Source: a virus | IMG/VR virus record: IMGVR_UViG_3300035565_000042 | Coordinates: 1 to 64,000 of that record | DNA length: 64,000 nt | Strand: one strand, 5' to 3' | Shown here: in pieces, positions 21,475-31,432 of the stretch | Layout of the letters: every line of letters starts with the position of its first letter | Numbering within the stretch: the stretch's first letter is position 1 | The notes under the pieces: generated by a model | What the model was told of the DNA's origin: nothing | The model's database searches: none | What the model saw: the letters and a program-made list of their open reading frames with translations, nothing else | Translations under genes and position numbers: made by a program

Positions 21475-23415
21475 ATGTCAAAACTTGCTACATCTGATCT
21501 TTCTACAGATGATATAAAGATTGCACTTGGATTACAAGGTGTTCAGTCTATCGAAGATTTATGCACAAGTGAGAATGTAAAGCCAGAAGGACTTGATGCT
21601 ACATATTGTCCCGGAGCTCAGTCTTATAATAAACTGATAAATCTTCGAACAGAACCATACGATATCAGTAAGTTTCGTGGTTATGATCCGAGTGATAGAA
21701 TTACTGTTCTTGACAATAGTAATCTGATCCATAAGTTAAATGCCGGAGAATGGGATTCTTCTCTTATTCTTGGGATCGATCATCGTTGTGTTGTTCGTGG
21801 TTCTGATGGTTATACATGGATCGGAGCCGAGACATCTTTATATCCTGGCAATGAAGGATTATACCGATATACCGGTACTGGGATGGGATGGAAAGTTCCT
21901 GCTTCATATCTTTCCGGATCATTTGTATATTCATTACTTGTAGATAACGATGGCAAACTCTGGATTGGCACAAGCAATGGAATAACAATCTACGATCCGA
22001 TTGCTAATACATGGACAAAGTATACTGCATCTTCACCTTATGCTTCTGGTAAGATGACAAATAGTAACGTAAAGTGCATGCTCCTTGATAGTGTGGACGG
22101 TTCTATATGGCTTGGTACTTTGCGAGAACTCATTAATATCAAAGTCTTAAATAGTAGTCTTGGATGGATCCGATATACATATCCGGTACTATCTGACTAT
22201 GCGGTACTATCAATAGCTCAGGATGCAGCCGGTGATCTTTGGATTGGTACTATGTTTGGCGGTGTTACCAAAATGAATCACATAACTCATGCAACTACAT
22301 TTTATAAAGTTGCAGATGGACTTGCAAACAGGCGAGTAAATTCCGTGAAGATTGACAGTAGTGATGTCAAATGGTTTGCAACTGCATCAGGTCTGTCTGT
22401 ATATGATGGTACGTGGACAACGCTAACTACAACTGATGGTCTGGCAAATAATAATGTTCTCTGTCTTGTTGTAGATAATGTAGACTGTAAATGGATTGGC
22501 TGTCATGGAGGATTATCAAAAATATTCAGAAAAACAGGAACGATTCAGACGTGGTATTTTAATGGATTACATGATCCTAATGATGAACCATCACCTGGTA
22601 TTGATAGTATAAATGCCATTTTTGCTGAAGTTGCTCCTGTAGTTCCTGATGCTGTTGTTGCTACCGCAGGGGTAGATATTGATGAGTGGTCATTTACGGC
22701 TCATTGGAATATTTCTGAACTTGCTTTAGGATATTATCTTGATGTTTCAGAGGATCCTGCTTTTGCTACTTTTGTTTCGGGTTTTAATAATCTTAATGTT
22801 GGTAATGTTCTTTTATATGGAGTAACTGGTCTTACTCCAAATATTAACTATTACTACAGATTAAGGGCATACAATAAAAACGGTACAAGCAGTAACTCAA
22901 ATATTATAACATATAATATAGTACATCAATATGATGATTGGTTCTTGCCATCTCTTGATGAGTTACAGGCAATGTATGATCAATTGCAACTACATGGAAT
23001 AGGTAACTTTTCTATTATTAATTCAACCTATTGGTCTTCAAGTGAAGGTTCAGTTCCGGCAACTTCTGCTAAGGCTATTGATTTTTCAAATAGTTCAACA
23101 TGGAATAATGTGAAAAGTAATTCTGCCGGCCCATGTACTAGAGCCTGCAGAGCATTTACGTCTACTAATCATTCATACGCATTAAGAGATACCGGTCCGG
23201 CAGGAGGATGGATATTCTGGAAGTCAGGGAATAATTATCTTGAATGTGCTGTATCAGATTTAAGTAATACCCAGTCATGGAGTAATGTTACAAATCTTGC
23301 TATTGGTACTACTGGAACTGCAATAGGAACCGGTCAGTCAAATACAAATAAAGTAATAGCGCAGGTTGGTCATATAAACAGTGCTGCTAAACTTTGCAAT
23401 GATCTTATAGTATAA
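21475..23415 (+). CDS. Probable receptor-binding/adhesion protein: Reg_prop-type beta-propeller + Fn3 + DUF1566/Lcl-like domain
   Basis: Repeated D..G.LWIGT..G blades; YYLDVSED...GLTPNINYYYRLRAYN (Fn3); DWFLPSLDEL...YWSSSE...RACRAF. Confidence 0.75.
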   Translation: MSKLATSDLSTDDIKIALGLQGVQSIEDLCTSENVKPEGLDATYCPGAQSYNKLINLRTEPYDISKFRGYDPSDRITVLDNSNLIHKLNAGEWDSSLILGIDHRCVVRGSDGYTWIGAETSLYPGNEGLYRYTGTGMGWKVPASYLSGSFVYSLLVDNDGKLWIGTSNGITIYDPIANTWTKYTASSPYASGKMTNSNVKCMLLDSVDGSIWLGTLRELINIKVLNSSLGWIRYTYPVLSDYAVLSIAQDAAGDLWIGTMFGGVTKMNHITHATTFYKVADGLANRRVNSVKIDSSDVKWFATASGLSVYDGTWTTLTTTDGLANNNVLCLVVDNVDCKWIGCHGGLSKIFRKTGTIQTWYFNGLHDPNDEPSPGIDSINAIFAEVAPVVPDAVVATAGVDIDEWSFTAHWNISELALGYYLDVSEDPAFATFVSGFNNLNVGNVLLYGVTGLTPNINYYYRLRAYNKNGTSSNSNIITYNIVHQYDDWFLPSLDELQAMYDQLQLHGIGNFSIINSTYWSSSEGSVPATSAKAIDFSNSSTWNNVKSNSAGPCTRACRAFTSTNHSYALRDTGPAGGWIFWKSGNNYLECAVSDLSNTQSWSNVTNLAIGTTGTAIGTGQSNTNKVIAQVGHINSAAKLCNDLIV

Positions 23416-23439
23416 AAAAAGAGGCCTAAGCCTCTTTTT
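23414..23439. terminator. Bidirectional intrinsic terminator at the convergent junction
   Basis: AAAAAAGAGGC-CTAA-GCCTCTTTTT hairpin, flanked by A and T runs, between convergent stop codons. Confidence 0.8.
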
Positions 23440-23989
23440 CATTACCATCGTCAATCTTCTCTGGATCAAACTTACTTATCCCCGCCAGTTCTGTGTAATG
23501 AATAGTCAGAAATACATTACCGGTAACCCAATCAATAACCTTTGGTAATGACCAGTTCAATGCTTCTTCCGGTAGGAATGGATTTACTTCTTTCCCTACA
23601 GCAAGTTTTGCACGGATAGACTCAGGAATATCAACTGTATCCCATGCGACAACAAAGTATCTTTTTATCTCCTGCATTGAGTCATCCTTCTTTGGAGCCA
23701 TGCGTTGCGGAAGAATAAGATTTGCAACCTTTGACTTTATCTGCTTTCCGGGAGCATCAATGACATAGATTCTTCCATTGACCGGTTCGCTTTCGCACTT
23801 TGGTATCTCAATGGATTTATACTCTATTTCTTCTTCGGCTTTTACAAACTTTTGTCGGAAATCTTCTGTAACTAATCCTGGGGATACTACTCCGGATAAT
23901 ACAGGAGACTCACGGTCGCCTTGTTCATCTGACGGATGACCAATGTTATCAGCCATTTCATTTATTTCTTTCTTTCTTTTCTCTTCCAT
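23426..23989 (-). CDS. Hypothetical protein with a weak GroES-like segment (likely start MEEKRK)
   Basis: EPVNGRIYVI...KSKVANLILP resembles the GroES PLxDRVLV...SGIILP motif. Start at 23989 avoids overlap with ung. Confidence 0.35.
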   Translation of the reverse strand: MEEKRKKEINEMADNIGHPSDEQGDRESPVLSGVVSPGLVTEDFRQKFVKAEEEIEYKSIEIPKCESEPVNGRIYVIDAPGKQIKSKVANLILPQRMAPKKDDSMQEIKRYFVVAWDTVDIPESIRAKLAVGKEVNPFLPEEALNWSLPKVIDWVTGNVFLTIHYTELAGISKFDPEKIDDGNEKEA

Positions 23990-23990
23990 T

Positions 23991-24872
23991 TTATGATTGT
24001 TTTTGTGGTTTAGTTGAAAATGCTGCTTCAATTTCGTGAAGATAGTTAAAATAATTGTCACGATTTACAGGAATATGCAAAATCAGATCTTTGTCGATGT
24101 AGTTGCATATCTTGTCTGCCTCGATAGGATAGTGTTCGCGAACTATTGCCTTGGCTTTAGCCTTATCAAAGCATGAGTCAAGATCAACCTGGTTATAGAT
24201 GTTCGACTTATTGATCATTGGAAGTATGTCCCTGACAATACTGAAGTGCCGGCATCCGGTAAACTTATCGGTACCGTTGGAGTCTTTATATAGTTCAGCA
24301 GCTGGGTGTGGCGCTGTAAGGACTACATGCTTGGGATTCTTGATGTATTGCTGGTATTCCTGAGCATCCCGGCCCCAGAGAAGATATATGACCTGATGTT
24401 CTTTTTTGTCAAGAGCCTTGAAAACTTCTTCTATAACCAATTCCCATCCTTTTCCTTTATGAGATCCTGACTTGTTCTCTTCGACGGTAAGAACTACGTT
24501 TAACAAGAGAATGCCAAGTTTCGTCCAGTTTGTAAGATCAGCTGTAGGAAAGAACTCTTCAATGGTTACGTTGTGGAAATATTGAATGTTTAGATCTTGG
24601 TATATCTCCTTGAAGATAACCTCAAGAGATTTGGGCCACTCTTTCTTTCGTGAAGAGAATGCCAGACCATCAGCGACTCCTTCCCACGGATATGGATCCT
24701 GACCGAGTATTACTACTTTAGTTTGCTCGTAAGTACAGAGATCGAATGCCCTGAATACATCTTTGCCTTCCGGATAGATCTTCTTGTTCTGGCGCTCAGA
24801 CTTCAGAAATGCCTGTAACTCTCGCATCCTTGGAGTTGAGAGAACCGGTGTTAGTATTTCATTCCAAGTCAT
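23991..24872 (-). CDS. ung: Uracil-DNA glycosylase (family 1) with C-terminal extension
   Basis: KVVILGQDPY, ADGLAFS, LLLNVVLTV, LLWG, APHP, FTGCRHFS motifs. Confidence 0.95.
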   Translation of the reverse strand: MTWNEILTPVLSTPRMRELQAFLKSERQNKKIYPEGKDVFRAFDLCTYEQTKVVILGQDPYPWEGVADGLAFSSRKKEWPKSLEVIFKEIYQDLNIQYFHNVTIEEFFPTADLTNWTKLGILLLNVVLTVEENKSGSHKGKGWELVIEEVFKALDKKEHQVIYLLWGRDAQEYQQYIKNPKHVVLTAPHPAAELYKDSNGTDKFTGCRHFSIVRDILPMINKSNIYNQVDLDSCFDKAKAKAIVREHYPIEADKICNYIDKDLILHIPVNRDNYFNYLHEIEAAFSTKPQKQS

Positions 24873-25030
24873 GATTCGTCTTTTAGATTATCAAGGATAC
24901 TCTTAAGTTGATCCCATGTACGATACAATGGATTAATGAAATAGTCTGTTCTCCATGAATATGCTGACAGATTACCATTGAAACATCTTTTGATAAAATA
25001 TCCTCTATACATTAATGGATGTTTTGTCAT
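24869..25030 (-). CDS. Small hypothetical protein, 53 aa (MTKHPLMYRG...), not in the ORF track
   Basis: Translated by hand; fills the gap with ATGA overlaps at both ends. Confidence 0.6.
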   Translation of the reverse strand: MTKHPLMYRGYFIKRCFNGNLSAYSWRTDYFINPLYRTWDQLKSILDNLKDES

Positions 25031-25503
25031 GTATAATGTTTTAGATCGATTTGAAATTTGTTGTACTTATAGTGTTCGGCCGGCTTAGGATTGATGTCAC
25101 ATTCCATAACAAGCCACATGATGACTTCATTTATGTATTTAGCCATCTCTGTCTTACTTCTCACTATTTCATTGAAATCAGGAACTGTTTCAACAACTTT
25201 AAGACTTCCGTCTTTCATTGTTATGTTTCTCATAGTTCCACGGACTTCCTGAAGAAGAATAGAATGAATTTCTTTTTCTTTCATTCCTCCAAAGGTATTT
25301 GAGTTCATGCATTCCTTCCGGATGATACCACCGAAGTAATATGCCAGTTGGTTCCGGGAAGCTCCGGGAGTATCTTCTTCAATGATAGCATACCCCCGTT
25401 TGCCTTCCAGATTTCTTTTGCAGAGCTCAAACATATCCGGACTTTCCCAGTTGAACTTCCCATCGGTTACGGTGAAGAAGTGCTTATATGCAAGCTCTCT
25501 CAT
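25027..25503 (-). CDS. NinB-like recombination protein
   Basis: SRNQLAYYFG...EIHSIL...KTEMAKYINEV pattern typical of NinB-like phage proteins. Confidence 0.55.
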   Translation of the reverse strand: MRELAYKHFFTVTDGKFNWESPDMFELCKRNLEGKRGYAIIEEDTPGASRNQLAYYFGGIIRKECMNSNTFGGMKEKEIHSILLQEVRGTMRNITMKDGSLKVVETVPDFNEIVRSKTEMAKYINEVIMWLVMECDINPKPAEHYKYNKFQIDLKHYT

Positions 25504-25505
25504 TT

Positions 25506-26219
25506 CTACCAGTTACCTTCAACGGTCTTTCCTGTTGCTGGCTGATCAGATGATGGTTCTGGTCCTAATGAATCAGGTTCATCAGATCCTTCGATCTTAT
25601 ATCCGCCTGCATATTTTCTGAACTCATCAGATGTAGCCGCTTTTTTCTGCAACCATTTTGGCATCTTTTCAAAAAGATCCTTATCGAAGCCATTGGTTGC
25701 AATCTTGTCCCAATCCCAGTTGTAGTAAGCATTGACGACAGGAAGTGCTTCGACATTCTTTGGTACCGGCATGATACCATTGAATTTAAGGTTTGTGTTG
25801 GCATTGGTTGCTACAGAAACTTCTTTGCCGATGTAGTCCTTCTTGCGTTTATGTATAAATGATATGAAACATGGTTTGCCGATCATTACTGCCGGGTCGA
25901 ATGACTCTTCCTCTTTTTCATCAAGAGGCCTGTTTCTCCATGAGGAAACGAGTTTTGACAGATTGGACTTGTCACCTGTTACGGCTGTCAGTTCCATGCC
26001 AATAACGAATGGCTGTTCGCCCTTGTCGGGATTGAATGTTGCAAGTAATCCTGGGAATTCCCACGTGATGTAGATCTTTCTCTGCTTGCCTTTTGCTTCT
26101 CCTTTGAAAAATACCGGAACTGTTCCGATATCGATTACTGAATAACATCTTGCGAATGCGGTTTGAGGTTCGGGCAGCGGTACTGAATTAAAGTTACCGC
26201 CTTTTGTGGCTTGTGTCAT
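25506..26219 (-). CDS. Putative phage ssDNA-binding/replication protein
   Basis: ARCYSVIDIGT...ITWEFP...KSNLSKLV...IGKPC...MPKW, acidic tail ending in an aromatic residue; replication module. Confidence 0.55.
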   Translation of the reverse strand: MTQATKGGNFNSVPLPEPQTAFARCYSVIDIGTVPVFFKGEAKGKQRKIYITWEFPGLLATFNPDKGEQPFVIGMELTAVTGDKSNLSKLVSSWRNRPLDEKEEESFDPAVMIGKPCFISFIHKRKKDYIGKEVSVATNANTNLKFNGIMPVPKNVEALPVVNAYYNWDWDKIATNGFDKDLFEKMPKWLQKKAATSDEFRKYAGGYKIEGSDEPDSLGPEPSSDQPATGKTVEGNW

Positions 26220-26318
26220 AATTAATAAAGATTTAGTGTAACAATAAGTGAAGATTAATTTAATGATAATTTTCTTTCCAACGTATGTGTATCAAATGTA
26301 AGTTGTTATAGCGAGATA

Positions 26319-26813
26319 TCAAAGTTTGCGTCCTATTATTTTCATCCATTGTTCATAACTCCAAACTTCCAATCCTTTGCTCTTTCGATACTCCATGAGT
26401 TCCCGCCATCTTATTTTGAATCGTTCCCGATGCCATAGTTTTTTCAGATATGCACGTTTCTTATTGCATCGTCTTATATGTGCGGCCAGTTCTGCATCCC
26501 AGCGTCTTTGTCGTTCCTGCATGGTCATTCCAAGGAACCCGAGTTCGTCTATCTTGACATAAACACCAAGTCGCATCCGGTTTACTATTCTTGTGAAAAA
26601 AAGTCTTATAACCCGTTCTACCAAGTTATAAGACAAATCCATTCCCTGTTCTTTGCCATCTTCAACGATTTGTCTGATGATCAGGTTCCATCCATGGGGG
26701 CCATCAAAAGGAACTTTACCTGACGACGTACTGGTCGTCGATATAGAATTTAATGCCCGGTAAGGTCTCTCGTCCTGAATGCAAATCCTCTTTGATTTTC
26801 TCTCTGTTTTCAT
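26319..26813 (-). CDS. HU/IHF-like DNA-binding protein with basic tail (start uncertain)
   Basis: LSYNLVERVIRLFFTRIVNRMRLGVYVKIDELGFL resembles the HU helix-2/beta-1 signature. Confidence 0.45.
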   Translation of the reverse strand: MKTERKSKRICIQDERPYRALNSISTTSTSSGKVPFDGPHGWNLIIRQIVEDGKEQGMDLSYNLVERVIRLFFTRIVNRMRLGVYVKIDELGFLGMTMQERQRRWDAELAAHIRRCNKKRAYLKKLWHRERFKIRWRELMEYRKSKGLEVWSYEQWMKIIGRKL

Positions 26814-27768
26814 TTATAAAAGAATATATCTTTGATTCATCAACACTAAGAAGATCTCTGGTTACTGATAATTCATCAACAACAGTATACTTCAGCTGAC
26901 CTCTTATTCCTTTCCCTGCATCAGCAACTACAGCTTCATTAGCTTTATCTTCTTTCTTTATCGCTCTTCCAATCTTCTTATCTGTTGTTTCAAAGTTCTC
27001 CTTACTCTCAACTTCGGCTGCAGCACGTTTCTCGGATATCTTCTCAAGAGCCTTTGTTCTCTGATATGGTTCCAGGTGTTCAGCTTCGATGATCAGAAGG
27101 CTTGCCTTGTGTTCAGCCAGGCGTTTGCGTATCTTGCGTACCATTTCGCTGTAAAGCTCGGAAAAATATTTGAATGTCTCTTCTTTGGGAAGACTTCCGT
27201 CAAGCCATGTGGAAAGATCATCACAGTCAGAAGATTTGATACAGCCGGAACTTTGTTTGTTCTCCCCATTCTTGTTCTGCCAGTTGCCACCATATATCCT
27301 GGCATTAAGCTGGACTTCAATCCTGTTGATCTTGGCATTTTCTTCAGTCATCTCTGCCTGTTTGACCTCAAGTTCCTTGTCCTTTGCTTCTTTCTCAACT
27401 CTGGCTGCAGCTTCCTGGACGACCTTATAGTTAGCGATCTCTGAAGTGATACGGACCTTGATCCGTGTAAGCATATCGGTGACAGTCTTGAAATAACTGT
27501 CAATAGCTTTTGATGTGGCCAGATATGGTTCTTTCAGTATTACGCGAGTATTCTCAACTTCCTTGAGATAACCAACTACGTTTGCCGCATTGTTTTCGGC
27601 TATTGTCAGGATCTCCGGAGTGGTGATCTTCAGTTCAAGACTCATCTTGTCAAGTTCAGGAAGTTTATCCTGGATGATCTTGACCTTAGATGCCATTGTT
27701 TCTACCGGCATCAGTGATTCAGTTTTCTTTACTGCCTTGGTTGTTTCTTTGTCTTTAGTTGCTTTCAT
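26716..27768 (-). CDS. Coiled-coil protein with Gam/Gp157-like C-terminus
   Basis: Extensive heptad-like helices; ends LSVDESKI...ETLPGIKFY. Confidence 0.45.
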   Translation of the reverse strand: MKATKDKETTKAVKKTESLMPVETMASKVKIIQDKLPELDKMSLELKITTPEILTIAENNAANVVGYLKEVENTRVILKEPYLATSKAIDSYFKTVTDMLTRIKVRITSEIANYKVVQEAAARVEKEAKDKELEVKQAEMTEENAKINRIEVQLNARIYGGNWQNKNGENKQSSGCIKSSDCDDLSTWLDGSLPKEETFKYFSELYSEMVRKIRKRLAEHKASLLIIEAEHLEPYQRTKALEKISEKRAAAEVESKENFETTDKKIGRAIKKEDKANEAVVADAGKGIRGQLKYTVVDELSVTRDLLSVDESKIYSFINENREKIKEDLHSGRETLPGIKFYIDDQYVVR

Positions 27769-27777
27769 GATTATTAC

Positions 27778-27948
27778 TTATTGTACATTATAGTTTAATT
27801 GTTTCGATTTGTGCAGGTATGTAGACAATAACGGGGTCGGATTATGGAATAATTTATCTTCAATCTCTATCAGTCTTGCCTTTGGATGCACTGTTGCTCC
27901 ATAATGACGTAGTTTTCGATGAAGATAATACCTACTTGCATTACTCAT
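27778..27948 (-). CDS. Small basic hypothetical protein, 56 aa (MSNASRYYLHRKLR...), not in the ORF track
   Basis: Translated by hand; fills the gap and overlaps the upstream stop. Confidence 0.6.
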   Translation of the reverse strand: MSNASRYYLHRKLRHYGATVHPKARLIEIEDKLFHNPTPLLSTYLHKSKQLNYNVQ

Positions 27949-28825
27949 CTGTATTTATATTTTGTACAATTTTCTTGAGTGACGATCTGTATTCCTTCGT
28001 TTCTTCTCTTTCTTGAATGAGAAGTTCTGTGAATCTACCCTGGTCAAATATACTATTGATGGCGTCGGTACACATCTGCTGGAGTTGTTCCGGTTTTATA
28101 GCGTCCAGTTCGACCTGTCCAAGTCCTGTCCACTTTGCGGTCCTCACATCAGATTCTTTTGCTGGTGCCGGTGGAAGGTTCCATTCGATAACCTGATCTT
28201 CCATTAAAGCTATTCTTCTTACTTCAACTTCAACACCAAACTTCATGAAGTTCTCATAGATACTTCTCGGAATATCTTCCCCGGAAGGATCGTAATCACC
28301 GAAGTATATTATTATTGGCTTCTTTCCTTCTTCCACTGCATTCTCAAATCTTTTTGATGCTTCATGAAGGAATGTCAATGAAGGATATCCCTTGCATGCA
28401 CCAAGTGTCACACCTTGTCTTGTAGTAACTGGATTGAATACTCCTTGGAGTGCTTTCTTTTCGATGAATACTTCGGGATAATATTCCTGATTTTCCCATC
28501 TGTTCTTTGAATAATATTGCATCCAACTTTTGATAGCATCTTCGGCATCAAGGATCGCTTCATTAACATTTGTCTGTTTGAACTTCGTTTCACCTATCAT
28601 GACACGGTCCAGATCAGAGAATTGGTCAAAGTCAATATCATTATTCCATCTGGCATCAATCATTGCTGTAACTACACGTTTGTAGTGATTGATATCATTG
28701 GTCATGCCAATACCTACCAGTTGGTAATGTAAGGATCTCAAAGTAAGAACTCCAAATGCATACCTACTACAGATCTCAATAGAATGTTCTATGATCCACT
28801 GTTTTGTAAAAATATCTTTTTCCAT
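27941..28825 (-). CDS. Topo VI-A/Spo11-like WHD+TOPRIM protein (Mini-A-like)
   Basis: TLRSLHYQL (candidate catalytic Tyr), VFIEKKAL, KGYPS, YFGDYDPSG, VELDAI. Confidence 0.75.
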   Translation of the reverse strand: MEKDIFTKQWIIEHSIEICSRYAFGVLTLRSLHYQLVGIGMTNDINHYKRVVTAMIDARWNNDIDFDQFSDLDRVMIGETKFKQTNVNEAILDAEDAIKSWMQYYSKNRWENQEYYPEVFIEKKALQGVFNPVTTRQGVTLGACKGYPSLTFLHEASKRFENAVEEGKKPIIIYFGDYDPSGEDIPRSIYENFMKFGVEVEVRRIALMEDQVIEWNLPPAPAKESDVRTAKWTGLGQVELDAIKPEQLQQMCTDAINSIFDQGRFTELLIQEREETKEYRSSLKKIVQNINTDE

Positions 28826-28827
28826 GA

Positions 28828-30744
28828 TTAAAATCCTTCAAAGTTAATTTGTTTCTCTGCCTCGTAATTTGTGAACGGATATACCGTATAAGCACTACTG
28901 AGATTGCTTATATCCTCTCTCTCAAGAAATCTGTTCGATCTCCTGTCAAATTTAAGCAATACCGGATTGGCCCTGTCGGTAGGAAATCCTGCCAGCTTAT
29001 GTTCCTTGTTCTTTTGGATATGGATCTCTGCCAGAGTATTCTGCCATGACGTGCGATCATGCTTGTGAATGCACATCATTGAGTAAGTTGTTGATGACCA
29101 TACCTGGCCGCCAATGAGATCAAACTGACTTGGAGCCGGATAGTTCTTATCCTTATCCCTTGGCGGAGTAGGTGGATGATGACATATCAGGTTGATCAGA
29201 TCATTCTTTATTGCGATCCTTACTTCAGCTGCCAACTCTTCCTGAAGATACATATCGATGGATTTGTTCCCAAGGTCATGTTTCAGGTTTTTCCATGGAT
29301 CAGTAAGGAATCCATTTATGCCATGTTGCCGAATAAGGTTCTTTTTAACGCGTCTAAGCTCACTTGGTGTGTAGCCTTCCTCATTGTCCACAAAGAAGAA
29401 ATGCTTGTCTATATGCCTCTGGATTGCGTCCTGGTAGCGTTTTTTACTCATCCTGTCTCCAAAAGAAATGTCTGCAGTATCTCCTACAAGTATTTCAGTC
29501 AGGGTATCAATGATATTTTCCGGTGGATAGTTCTCAGGACAATACATTCCCCACTTCCAGTCGTATAGAACAGTTGATATCACTATCAGATTGAAAAGAA
29601 GACTTGACTTACCTTCCCCGGGATAACCATTGCCAAGGACTAACCAGCCAGGCATCCAATTGAAATGCGGATCCAGTGATTTGTATCCTGTTGAATAACC
29701 TTTCTGCCTGCCATTGTCAAAGATTCTTTCCATTTTATCCCAGTACTGGGAAGCTGTTGTCACTCCAGATATCGGATACGGATGTGCATATTCATTGGAA
29801 AGACTGTTTGCCAGGTATTCCTTTCCCTTAGATACAAGAAGATCATTGGCATCTTTGCATGGAGTACCATCTTGTTTCGTATATTCTGAGAACTTAATGT
29901 ACCGGCATCTGTCCTTGCCAAGTCTCCGGGCCAGCTCCTCACGAAGTTTCAATCCGGGAATATCATCATCGGTAGCAAGATAGATTGTTTCTATTTCTTT
30001 GAAGTATTCAATGCAGATGTCAAGATAATTGAGGTTGAGGTTCTCCCTGAATCTTCCGGTTCTTTTGAACTCTTCAATCTCCTGCGGTGATATTGCTGAT
30101 CCATTTGGTACGCTTATGACATTCGTGATGCCGGCTTCATGATATGCAAGAACGTCCATCTCTCCTTCAACAATGACAACCGATTTCTGTCCTTTCATTG
30201 CATCAAGATTATAAAATATCTTGGTAGCTCCGGATATCAGTTTGAAATTCTTGTCTTCATCCCTGTACTTTATATCAATGAGTATACCGTCTTTCTTGTA
30301 CTTGAAGTTGATGCATTTCCTATTTACATAGGTACCTCGGACACTCTCGTTTCCTTCCTTGACCTTATTCTGAAGTATCGGTTCGGTACTCATCGAAATA
30401 TCAAGATTCAGCAATGTCTGTTTTGAGATTTTCCTTTCTTCCCAAAACCATTTAACCAGACTATCACTTACCGGAAGTGTCTTCTTGGCTTCAAGGATAG
30501 GTTTAATCGTCATCCTGTTATAATAATCCTCATCGACAATATAACCACCTTCATTACAATGGTTACAGCGCCAGGGCCGCGGTATCTTGTTCACGTTAAT
30601 AGCAAGCTTCTTTTCTTTCTGGTGAGCCGGTTCCCGGGTTGGAGAACATATAGGGCATACTATATAAACTTCTCCTGTTGCCGGCATCTTGTCTTTCGGA
30701 ATAGTGATATCGAATATGCCTTTGCTTGTTATTATCTTTTCCAT
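28828..30744 (-). CDS. Bifunctional primase-helicase (T7 gp4/Twinkle type)
   Basis: Zn finger CPIC...CNHC; TOPRIM VIVEGEMD, ATDDD.PG, KDAND; Walker A GYPGEGKS; LTDPW. Confidence 0.92.
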   Translation of the reverse strand: MEKIITSKGIFDITIPKDKMPATGEVYIVCPICSPTREPAHQKEKKLAINVNKIPRPWRCNHCNEGGYIVDEDYYNRMTIKPILEAKKTLPVSDSLVKWFWEERKISKQTLLNLDISMSTEPILQNKVKEGNESVRGTYVNRKCINFKYKKDGILIDIKYRDEDKNFKLISGATKIFYNLDAMKGQKSVVIVEGEMDVLAYHEAGITNVISVPNGSAISPQEIEEFKRTGRFRENLNLNYLDICIEYFKEIETIYLATDDDIPGLKLREELARRLGKDRCRYIKFSEYTKQDGTPCKDANDLLVSKGKEYLANSLSNEYAHPYPISGVTTASQYWDKMERIFDNGRQKGYSTGYKSLDPHFNWMPGWLVLGNGYPGEGKSSLLFNLIVISTVLYDWKWGMYCPENYPPENIIDTLTEILVGDTADISFGDRMSKKRYQDAIQRHIDKHFFFVDNEEGYTPSELRRVKKNLIRQHGINGFLTDPWKNLKHDLGNKSIDMYLQEELAAEVRIAIKNDLINLICHHPPTPPRDKDKNYPAPSQFDLIGGQVWSSTTYSMMCIHKHDRTSWQNTLAEIHIQKNKEHKLAGFPTDRANPVLLKFDRRSNRFLEREDISNLSSAYTVYPFTNYEAEKQINFEGF

Positions 30745-31407
30745 CTATTTGCTTGCCTCCTTTGCATAAGCTTTGTTAACTTCTTCTCTTGTTACTGGCT
30801 TGACAGCATTTTCTGCCGGCCGATTCATTCCAAGTTTCTCTTTGAGGTCATTACGATATTTCTGCCAGTCCTCAAGATACCGTTCATTTTCAGGATTAAG
30901 AAATACCTGAGCCATCAACTTCTGTCTGGCAAAACCATTCTTATGTTCCAAAATAAGATATTCAAAATAATATCTGCGCTGATCAGATAGGAAATCTCTG
31001 GAATACTTTCTGCGAACCTTAATATAATATTCAAGAGCTTTCTTTCTTACACCTGGCCATGCAACCTTGCCATCCTCTTTCCAAAAGAATTCATCAAACT
31101 CTTTTTCGATGTCTGCGAATCCATCCATCCACTTTGAAGTGACAATACATTCATCGCCTTTGATGATAATGAATCCTTTCAGAATAAGTCCTTTTAGGAT
31201 CTGTTGCTGGTTATCCGGAGAGAAACCTGTTTGTATATATGTCGATAATGTATCAGCGACTTCACCCTTGTCTTGTTTTCGGGCCATATGATCAAGGAAC
31301 GCATATTCACTGCAGTTAAGTCCAAGACTTACTCTTGCAGCATGATTGATCGTAGTACTGCCGACTATAGCCGGAGCCTTCGATTTATAACTATCAAGAC
31401 TTGCCAT
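30745..31407 (-). CDS. Putative replication initiator/replisome-organiser protein
   Basis: wHTH-like N-part; FDEFFW...KKALEYY...QVFLN C-part typical of phage replication proteins; abuts the primase-helicase. Confidence 0.5.
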   Translation of the reverse strand: MASLDSYKSKAPAIVGSTTINHAARVSLGLNCSEYAFLDHMARKQDKGEVADTLSTYIQTGFSPDNQQQILKGLILKGFIIIKGDECIVTSKWMDGFADIEKEFDEFFWKEDGKVAWPGVRKKALEYYIKVRRKYSRDFLSDQRRYYFEYLILEHKNGFARQKLMAQVFLNPENERYLEDWQKYRNDLKEKLGMNRPAENAVKPVTREEVNKAYAKEASK

Positions 31408-31432
31408 AAATAATTGTTTGAAAGTGGAATAA

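Noticed and set aside
22930-23415. Diversity-generating retroelement targeting the DUF1566-like domain
   Set aside because: No reverse transcriptase and no adenine-mismatched template repeat seen in the window; cannot be excluded outside it.
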